Shown here in pieces: positions 54,601 to 64,000 of a stretch of DNA of 64,000 nucleotides. Numbering within the stretch: position 1 is the stretch's first letter; each line of letters begins with the position of its first letter. Source of the stretch: Eledone cirrhosa (Eukaryota); contig OZ024742.1 of the NCBI GenBank assembly GCA_964016885.1, positions 222,828,001 to 222,892,000 on the forward strand, read 5' to 3'. A program made the position numbers and the translations under genes. The notes under the pieces are model-generated. The model searched no databases and had not been told where the DNA came from. It saw only the letters and a program-made list of their open reading frames with translations.

Positions 54601-57200
54601 TCTGCCTGGTAGCTATAGTGAAAGAAGCTGTATGGTAGACATGGATGTACAGAAATTCTTCGTCTGCCTGGTAGCTATAGTGAAAGAAGCTGTATGGTAG
54701 ACATGGATGTACAGAAACTCTTCTTCTGCCCGGTAGCTATAGTGAAAGAAGCTGTATGGTAGACATGGATGTACAGAAACTCTCCCTCTGCCTGGTAGCT
54801 ATAGTGAAAGAAGCTGTATGGTAGACATGAATGTACAGAAACTCTTCTTCTGTCTGGTAGCTATAGTGAAAGAAGCTGTATGGTAGATATGGATGTACAG
54901 AAAGTCTTCCTCTGCCTGGTAGCTATAGTGAAGGAAGCTGTATGGTAGACATGGATGTACAGAAACTCTTCCTCTGCCTGGTAACTATAGTGAAAGAAGC
55001 TGTATGGTAGACATGGATGTACAGAAACTCTTCTTCTGTCTGGTAGCTATAGTGAAAGAAGCTGTATGGTAGATATGGATGTACAGAAAGTCTTCCTCTG
55101 CCTGGTAGCTATAGTGAAAGAAGCTGTATGGTAGACATGGATGTACAGAAACTCTTCTGCTGCCAGGTAGCTATAGTGAAAGAAGCTGTATGGTAGACAT
55201 GGATGTACAGAAACTCTTCCTCTGTCTGGTAGCTATAGTGAAAGAAGCTGTATGGTAGACATGGATGTACAGAAACTCTTCTTCTGCCCGGTAGCTATAG
55301 TGAAAGAAGCTGTATGGTAGACATGGATGTACAGAAACTCTTCCTCTGTCTGGTAGCTATAGTGAAAGAAGCTGTATGGTAGACATGGATGTACAGAAAC
55401 TCTTCTGCTGCCTGGTAGCTATAGTGAAAGAAGCTGTATGGTAGACATGGATGTACAGAAACTCTTCTGCTGCCTGGTAGCTATAGTGAAAGAAGCTGTA
55501 TGGTAGACATGGATGTACAGAAACTCTTCCTCTGTCTGGTAGCTATAGTGAAAGAAGCTGTATGGTAGACATGGATGTACAGAAACTCTTCTTCTGCCCG
55601 GTAGCTATAGTGAAAGAAGCTGTATGGTAGACATGGATGTACAGAAACTCTTCCTCTGTCTGGTAGCTATAGTGAAAGAAGCTGTATGGTAGACATGGAT
55701 GTACAGAAACTCTTCTGCTGCCTGGTAGCTATAGTGAAAGAAGCTGTATGGTAGACATGGATGTACAGAAACTCTTCTGCTGCCTGGTAGCTATAGTGAA
55801 AGAAGCTGTATGGTAGACATGGATGTACAGAAACTCTTCCTCTGCCTGGTAGCTATAGTGAAAGAAGCTTTATGGTAGACATGGATGTACAGAAACTCTT
55901 CCTCTGCCTGGTAGCTATAGTGAAAGAAGCTTTATGGTAGACATGGATGTACAGAAACTCTTCCTCTGCCCGGTAGCTATAGTGAAAGAAGCTGTATGGT
56001 AGACATGGATGTACAGAAACTCTTCTGCCTGGTAGCTATAGTGAAAGAAGCTGTATGGTAGACATGGATGTACAGAAATTCTTCGTCTGCCTGGTAGCTA
56101 TAGTGAAAGAAGCTGTATGGTAGACATGGATGTACAGAAACTCTTCCTCTGTCTGGTAGCTATAGTGAAAGAAGCTGTATGGTAGACATGAATGTACAGA
56201 AACTCTTCTTCTGTTTGGTAGCTATAGTGAAAGAAGCTGTATGGTAGACATGGATGTACAGAAACTCTTCTTCTGCCTGGTAGCTATAGTGAAAGAAGCT
56301 TTATGGTAGACATGGATGTACAGAAACTCTTCCTCTGCCTGGTAGCTATAGTGAAAGAAGCTGTATGGTAGACATAGATGTACAGAAACTCTTCTTCTGC
56401 CTGGTAGCTATAGTGAAAGAAGCTGTATGGTAGACATGGATGTACAGAAATTCTTCGTCTGCCTGGTAGCTATAGTGAAAGAAGCTGTATGGTAGACATG
56501 GATGTACAGAAACTCTTCCTCTGCCTGGTAGCTATAGTGAAAGAAGCTTTATGGTAGACATGGATGTACAGAAACTCTTCCTCTGCCTGGTAGCTATAGT
56601 GAAAGAAGCTGTATGGTAGACATGGATGTACAGAAACTCTTCTTCTGCCTGGTAGCTATAGTGAAAGAAGCTGTATGGTAGACATGGATGTACAGAAACT
56701 CTTCTTCTGCCTGGTAGCTATAGTGAAAGAAGCTGTATGGTAGACATGGATGTACAGAAACTCTTCCTCTGCCTGGTAGCTATAGTGAAAGAAGCTGTAT
56801 GGTAGACATGGATGTACAGAAACTCTTCCTCTGCCTGGTAGCTATAGTGAAAGAAGCTTTATGGTAGACATGGATGTACAGAAACTCTTCCTCTGCCTGG
56901 TAGCTATAGTGAAAGAAGCTGTATGGTAGACATGGATGTACAGAAACTCTTCCTCTGCCTGGTAGCTATAGTGAAAGAAGCTGTATGGTAGACATGGATG
57001 TACAGAAACTCTTCCTCTGTCTGGTAGCTATAGTGAAAGAAGCTGTATGGTAGACATGGATGTACAGAAACTCTTCCTCTGCCTGGTAGCTATAGTGAAA
57101 GAAGCTGTATGGTAGACATGGATGTACAGAAACTCTTCCTCTGTCTGGTAGCTATAGTGAAAGAAGCTGTATGGTAGACATGGATGTACAGAAACTCTTC
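45700..57200. repeat. Imperfect tandem duplication with ~5.6-6.4 kb period (about 45.7-51.3 kb versus 51.4-57.2 kb)
   Basis: GATATAC at 46431/52055 and CATGTATG at 46673/52297 (offset 5624), GAACGTC at 47735/53669, GAATCTG at 48141/54013 (offset 5872), GCTCTA at 50863/57231. Confidence 0.85.
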
Positions 57201-60200
57201 TTCTGCCCGGTAGCTATAGTGAAAGAAGCTCTATGGTAGACATAGATGTACAGAAACTCTTCTTCTGCCTGGTAGCTATAGTGAAAGAAGCTGTATGGTA
57301 GACATGGATGTACAGAAACTCTTCCTCTGCCCGGTAGCTATAGTGAAAGAAGCTGTATGATAGACATGGATGTACAGAAACTCTTCTTCTGTCTGGTAGC
57401 TATAGTCAAAGAAGCTGTATGGTAGACATGGATGTACAGAAACTCATCCTCTGCCTGGTAGCTATAGTGAAAGAAGCTGTATGGTAGACATAGATGTACA
57501 GAAACTCTTCTGCCTGGTAGCTATAGTGAAAGAAGCTGTATGGTAGACATGGATGTACAGAAATTCTTCGTCTGCCTGGTAGCTATAGTGAAAGAAGCTG
57601 TATGGTAGACATGAATGTACAGAAACTCTTCTTCTGTCTGGTAGCTATAGTGAAAGAAGCTGTATGGTAGATATGGATGTACAGAAACTCTTCCTCTGCC
57701 TGGTAGCTATAGTGAAAGAAGCTGTATGGTAGACATGGATGTACAGAAACTCTTCCTCTATCTGGTAGCTATAGTGAAAGAAGCTGTATGGTAGACATGG
57801 ATGTACAGAAACTCTTCTTCTGCCCGGTAGCTATAGTGAAAGAAGCTGTATGGTAGACATGGATGTACAGAAACTCTTCTTCTGTCTGGTAGCTATAGTG
57901 AAAGAAGCTGTATGGTAGACATGGATGTACAGAAACTCTTCTTCTGCCCGGTAGCTATAGTGAAAGAAGCTGTATGGTAGACATAGATGTACAGAAACTC
58001 TTCTTCTGCCTGGTAGCTATAGTGAAAGAAGCTGTATGGTAGACATGGATGTACAGAAACTCTTCCTCTGCCTGGTAGCTATAGTGAAAGAAGCTGTATG
58101 GTAGACATGGATGTACAGAAACTCTTCTTCTGTCTGGTAGCTATAGTCAAAGAAGCTGTATGGTAGACATGGATGTACAGAAACTCATCCTCTGCCTGGT
58201 AGCTATAGTGAAAGAAGCTGTATGGTAGACATAGACGTACAGAAACTCTTCTGCCTGGTAGCTATAGTGAAAGAAGCTGTATGGTAGACATGGATGTACA
58301 GAAATTCTTCGTCTGCCTGGTAGCTATAGTGAAAGAAGCTGTATGGTAGACATGGATGTACAGAAACTCTTCTTCTGCCCGGTAGCTATAGTGAAAGAAG
58401 CTGTATGGTAGACATGGATGTACAGAAACTCTTCCTCTGCCTGGTAACTATAGTGAAAGAAGCTGTATGGTAGACATGAATGTACAGAAACTCTTCTTCT
58501 GTCTGGTAGCTATAGTGAAAGAAGCTGTATGGTAGATATGGATGTACAGGAAGTCTTCCTCTGCCTGGTAGCTATAGTGAAAGAAGCTGTATGGTAGACA
58601 TGGATGTACAGAAACTCTTCCTCTGTCTGGTAGCTATAGTGAAAGAAGCTGTATGGTAGACATGGATGTACAGAAACTCTTCCTCTGCCTGGTAGCTATA
58701 GTGAAAGAAGATGTATGGTAGACATGAACGTACAGAAACTCTTCTTCTGTCTGGTAGCTATAGTGAAAGAAGCTGTATGGTAGACATGGATGTACAGAAA
58801 CTCTTCTTCTGTCTGGTAGCTATAGTGAAAGAAGCTGTATGGTAGACATGGATGTACAGGAACTCTTCTGCCCGGTAGCTATAGTGAAAGAAGCTGTATG
58901 GTAGACATGGATGTACAGAAAGTCTTCCTCTGCCTGGTAGCTATAGTGAAAGAAGCTGTATGGTAGACATGGATGTACAGAAACTCTTCCTCTGTCTGGT
59001 AGCTATAGTGAAAGAAGCTGTATGGTAGACATGGATGTACAGAAACTCTTCCTCTGCCTGGTAGCTATAGTGAAAGAAGCTGTATGGTAGACATGGATGT
59101 ACAGAAACTCTTCCTCTGCCTGGTAGCTATAGTGAAAGAAGCTGTATGGTAGACATGGATGTACAGAAAGTCTTCCTCTGCCTGGTAGCTATAGTGAAAG
59201 AAGCTTTATGGTAGACATGGATGTACAGAAACTCTTCCTCTGCCTGGTAGCTATAGTGAAAGAAGCTGTATGGTAGACATGGATGTACAGAAAGTCTTCC
59301 TCTGCCTGGTAGCTATAGTGAAAGAAGCTGTATGGTAGACATGAACGTACAGAAACTCTTCTTCTGTCTGGTAGCTATAGTGAAAGAAGCTGTATGGTAG
59401 ATATGGATGTACAGAAAGTCTTCCTCTGCCTGGTAGCTATAGTGAAAGAAGCCGTATGGTAGACATGGATGTACAGAAAATCTTCCTCTGTCTGGTAGCT
59501 ATAGTGAAAGAAGCTGTATGGTTGACATGGATGTACAGAAACTCTTCCTCTGCCTGGTAGCTATAGTGAAAGAAGCTGTATGGTAGACATGAACGTACAG
59601 AAACTCTTCTTCTGTCTGGTAGCTATAGTGAAAGAAGCTGTATGGTAGACATAGATGTACAGAAACTCTTCTTCTGCCTGGTAGCTATAGTGAAAGAAGC
59701 TGTATGGTAGACATGGATGTACAGAAACTCTTACTCTGTCTGGTAGCTATAGTGAAAGAAGCTGTATGGTAGACATGGATGTACAGAAACTCTTCCTCTG
59801 TCTGGTAGCTATAGTGAAAGAAGCTGTATGGTAGACATGGATGTACAGAAACTCTTCTTCTGCCTGGTAGCTATAGTGAAAGAAGCTGTATGGTAGACAT
59901 GGATGTACAGAAACTCTTCCTCTGTCTGGTAGCTATAGTGAAAGAAGCTGTATGGTAGACATGGATGTACAGAAACTCTTCTTCTGCCCGGTAGCTATAG
60001 TGAAAGAAGCTGTATGGTAGACATAGATGTACAGAAACTCTTCTTCTGCCTGGTAGCTATAGTGAAAGAAGCTTTATGGTAGACATGGATGTACAGAAAC
60101 TCTTCCTCTGTCTGGTAGCTATAGTGAAAGAAGCTGTATGGTAGACATGGATGTACAGAAACTCTTCTTCTGCCCGGTAGCTATAGTGAAAGAAGCTGTA

Positions 60201-63200
60201 TGGTAGACATGGATGTACAGAAACTCTTCCTCTGTCTGGTAGCTATAGTGAAAGAAGCTGTATGGTAGACATGGATGTACAGAAACTCTTCTGCTGCCTG
60301 GTAGCTATAGTGAAAGAAGCTGTATGGTAGACATGGATGTACAGAAACTCTTCCTCTGCCTGGTAGCTATAGTGAAAGAAGCTTTATGGTAGACATGGAT
60401 GTACAGAAACTCTTCCTCTGCCTGGTAGCTATAGTGAAAGAAGCTTTATGGTAGACATGGATGTACAGAAACTCTTCTTCTGTCTGGTAGCTATAGTCAA
60501 AGAAGCTGTATGGTAGACATGGATGTACAGAAACTCATCCTCTGCCTGGTAACTATAGTGAAAGAAGCTGTATGGTAGACATAGATGTACAGAAACTCTT
60601 CTGCCTGGTAGCTATAGTGAAAGAAGCTGTATGGTAGACATGGATGTACAGAAATTCTTCGTCTGCCTGGTAGCTATAGTGAAAGAAGCTGTATGGTAGA
60701 CATGAATGTACAGAAACTCTTCTTCTGTCTGGTAGCTATAGTGAAAGAAGCTGTATGGTAGATATGGATGTACAGAAACTCTTCCTCTGCCTGGTAGCTA
60801 TAGTGAAAGAAGCTGTATGGTAGACATGGATGTACAGAAACTCTTCCTCTATCTGGTAGCTATAGTGAAAGAAGCTGTATGGTAGACATGGATGTACAGA
60901 AACTCTTCTTCTGCCCGGTAGCTATAGTGAAAGAAGCTGTATGGTAGACATGGATGTACAGAAACTCTTCTGTCTGGTAGCTATAGTGAAAGAAGCTGTA
61001 TGGTAGACATGGATGTACAGAAACTCTTCTTCTGCCCGGTAGCTATAGTGAAAGAAGCTGTATGGTAGACATAGATGTACAGAAACTCTTCTTCTGCCTG
61101 GTAGCTATAGTGAAAGAAGCTGTATGGTAGACATGGATGTACAGAAACTCTTCCTCTGCCTGGTAGCTATAGTGAAAGAAGCTGTATGGTAGACATGGAT
61201 GTACAGAAACTCTTCTTCTGTCTGGTAGCTATAGTCAAAGAAGCTGTATGGTAGACATGGATGTACAGAAACTCATCCTCTGCCTGGTAGCTATAGTGAA
61301 AGAAGCTGTATGGTAGACATAGACGTACAGAAACTCTTCTGCCTGGTAGCTATAGTGAAAGAAGCTGTATGGTAGACATGGATGTACAGAAATTCTTCGT
61401 CTGCCTGGTAGCTATAGTGAAAGAAGCTGTATGGTAGACATGGATGTACAGAAACTCTTCTTCTGCCCGGTAGCTATAGTGAAAGAAGCTGTATGGTAGA
61501 CATGGATGTACAGAAACTCTCCCTCTGCCTGGTAGCTATAGTGAAAGAAGCTGTATGGTAGACATGAATGTACAGAAACTCTTCTTCTGTCTGGTAGCTA
61601 TAGTGAAAGAAGCTGTATGGTAGACATGGATGTACAGAAACTCTTCCTCTGCCTGGTAGCTATAGTGAAAGAAGATGTATGGTAGACATGAACGTACAGA
61701 AACTCTTCTTCTGTCTGGTAGCTATAGTGAAAGAAGCTGTATGGTAGACATAGACGTACAGAAACTCTTCTGCCTGGTAGCTATAGTGAAAGAAGCTGTA
61801 TGGTAGACATGGATGTACAGAAACTCTTCTTCTGCCTGGTAGCTATAGTGAAAGAAGCTGTATGGTAGACATGGATGTACAGAAACTCTTCTGCTGCCAG
61901 GTAGCTATAGTGAAAGAAGCTGTATGGTAGACATGGATGTACAGAAACTCTTCCTCTGTCTGGTAGCTATAGTGAAAGAAGCTGTATGGTAGACATGGAT
62001 GTACAGAAACTCTTCTTCTGCCCGGTAGCTATAGTGAAAGAAGCTGTATGGTAGACATGGATGTACAGAAACTCTTCCTCTGTCTGGTAGCTATAGTGAA
62101 AGAAGCTGTATGGTAGACATGGATGTACAGAAACTCTTCTGCTGCCTGGTAGCTATAGTGAAAGAAGCTGTATGGTAGACATGGATGTACAGAAACTCTT
62201 CTGCTGCCTGGTAGCTATAGTGAAAGAAGCTGTATGGTAGACATGGATGTACAGAAACTCTTCCTCTGTCTGGTAGCTATAGTGAAAGAAGCTGTATGGT
62301 AGACATGGATGTACAGAAACTCTTCTTCTGCCCGGTAGCTATAGTGAAAGAAGCTGTATGGTAGACATGGATGTACAGAAACTCTTCCTCTGTCTGGTAG
62401 CTATAGTGAAAGAAGCTGTATGGTAGACATGGATGTACAGAAACTCTTCTGCTGCCTGGTAGCTATAGTGAAAGAAGCTGTATGGTAGACATGGATGTAC
62501 AGAAACTCTTCTGCTGCCTGGTAGCTATAGTGAAAGAAGCTGTATGGTAGACATGGATGTACAGAAACTCTTCCTCTGCCTGGTAGCTATAGTGAAAGAA
62601 GCTTTATGGTAGACATGGATGTACAGAAACTCTTCCTCTGCCTGGTAGCTATAGTGAAAGAAGCTTTATGGTAGACATGGATGTACAGAAACTCTTCCTC
62701 TGCCCGGTAGCTATAGTGAAAGAAGCTGTATGGTAGACATGGATGTACAGAAACTCTTCTGCCTGGTAGCTATAGTGAAAGAAGCTGTATGGTAGACATG
62801 GATGTACAGAAATTCTTCGTCTGCCTGGTAGCTATAGTGAAAGAAGCTGTATGGTAGACATGAATGTACAGAAACTCTTCTTCTGTTTGGTAGCTATAGT
62901 GAAAGAAGCTGTATGGTAGACATGGATGTACAGAAACTCTTCTTCTGCCTGGTAGCTATAGTGAAAGAAGCTTTATGGTAGACATGGATGTACAGAAACT
63001 CTTCCTCTGCCTGGTAGCTATAGTGAAAGAAGCTGTATGGTAGACATAGATGTACAGAAACTCTTCTTCTGCCTGGTAGCTATAGTGAAAGAAGCTGTAT
63101 GGTAGACATGGATGTACAGAAATTCTTCGTCTGCCTGGTAGCTATAGTGAAAGAAGCTGTATGGTAGACATGGATGTACAGAAACTCTTCCTCTGCCTGG

Positions 63201-64000
63201 TAGCTATAGTGAAAGAAGCTGTATGGTAGACATGGATGTACAGAAACTCTTCCTCTGCCTGGTAGCTATAGTGAAAGAAGCTGTATGGTAGACATGGATG
63301 TACAGAAAGTCTTCCTCTGTCTGGTAGCTATAGTGAAAGAAGCTTTATGGTAGACATGGATGTACAGAAACTCTTCCTCTGCCTGGTAGCTATAGTGAAA
63401 GAAGCTGTATGGTAGACATGGATGTACAGAAACTCTTCCTCTGCCTGGTAGCTATAGTGAAAGAAGCTGTATGGTAGACATGGATGTACAGAAACTCTTC
63501 CTCTGTCTGGTAGCTATAGTGAAAGAAGCTGTATGGTAGACATGGATGTACAGAAACTCTTCTTCTGCCCGGTAGCTATAGTGAAAGAAGCTCTATGGTA
63601 GACATAGATGTACAGAAACTCTTCTTCTGCCTGGTAGCTATAGTGAAAGAAGCTGTATGGTAGACATGGATGTACAGAAACTCTTCCTCTGCCTGGTAGC
63701 TATAGTGAAAGAAGCTGTATGATAGACATGGATGTACAGAAACTCTTCTTCTGTCTGGTAGCTATAGTCAAAGAAGCTGTATGGTAGACATGGATGTACA
63801 GAAACTCATCCTCTGCCTGGTAGCTATAGTGAAAGAAGCTGTATGGTAGACATAGATGTACAGAAACTCTTCTGCCTGGTAGCTATAGTGAAAGAAGCTG
63901 TATGGTAGACATGGATGTACAGAAATTCTTCGTCTGCCTGGTAGCTATAGTGAAAGAAGCTGTATGGTAGACATGAATGTACAGAAACTCTTCTTCTGTC
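49704..64000. repeat. Copy 2 of the ~15 kb segmental duplication (same orientation, truncated by window end)
   Basis: The order of monomer variants is collinear with 1-15041. The copies differ by whole-monomer gains or losses and a few SNPs. Confidence 0.93.

Larger units (their letters stand above)
1..64000. repeat. Tandem satellite array of a 62-bp monomer (about 1,030-1,040 copies, truncated at both window ends)
   Basis: TGTACAG recurs at 1, 63, 125, 187, giving a period of 62. Every line of the window is made of this monomer, usually with 0-4 substitutions. No unique sequence and no inverted copies were seen. The copy number is estimated from 64000/62 plus a small correction for 59-bp units. 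Confidence 0.99.

Noticed and set aside
1-64000. Giant repetitive protein-coding ORF (mucin/aggrecan/adhesin-like) on either strand
   Set aside because: 62 and 59 are not multiples of 3. The plus strand has several TAG/TGA per monomer. The minus strand has one TAG per monomer, which stops each frame every three monomers, giving at most ~61 codons (LPGRGRVSVHPCLPYSFFHYSYQAEEEFLYIHVYHTASFTIATRQRKSFCTSMSTIQLLSL*). Common variants add more stops.
1-64000. Minus-strand ORF rescued by TAG readthrough, recoding or an alternative genetic code
   Set aside because: Frequent variants introduce minus-strand TAA (GCTTTA, GTTAAA, CTTACT) and TGA (GTCAAA, CTCATC), and each base would be read in all three frames in turn. 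There is no sign of coding constraint.
1-64000. CRISPR array or other repeat-spacer system (constant part plus variable window)
   Set aside because: The variable window holds only SNP or 3-bp variants of one sequence that recur hundreds of times. There are no unique spacers, leader or cas genes.
1-64000. Pure technical artefact (rolling-circle or concatemer product, or collapsed identical repeat)
   Set aside because: Variants recur in ordered, nested, long-range patterns with whole-monomer indels between copies, which random sequencing error or a single circular template would not give. Mis-joining of large blocks cannot be excluded without reads.

Overview
The whole 64 kb window is one uninterrupted, head-to-tail tandem array (satellite / very large minisatellite) of a 62-bp monomer, consensus TGTACAGAAACTCTTC(C/T)TCTG(C/T)C(T/C)GGTAGCTATAGTGAAAGAAGCT(G/T)TATGGTAGACATGGA (about 44% GC), with a minority 59-bp variant lacking one triplet. 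There are roughly 1,030-1,040 copies, all in the same orientation, and the array runs off both ends. I see no gene, RNA gene, CRISPR array or mobile element. The information lies in the order of monomer variants, which shows nested higher-order structure: 2-10-monomer local duplications, a recurrent 4-monomer cassette, 2-4 kb blocks reshuffled into 5.6-7.2 kb periods, a ~15 kb segment (1-15041) repeated about 49-49.8 kb downstream (49704-64000), and a central ~14 kb domain (about 20.3-34.4 kb) with its own variant set. The organisation is typical of eukaryotic satellite DNA, but I do not recognise the family or organism, and the sequence alone does not support a new functional system. All comparisons were done by eye, so block boundaries are approximate.
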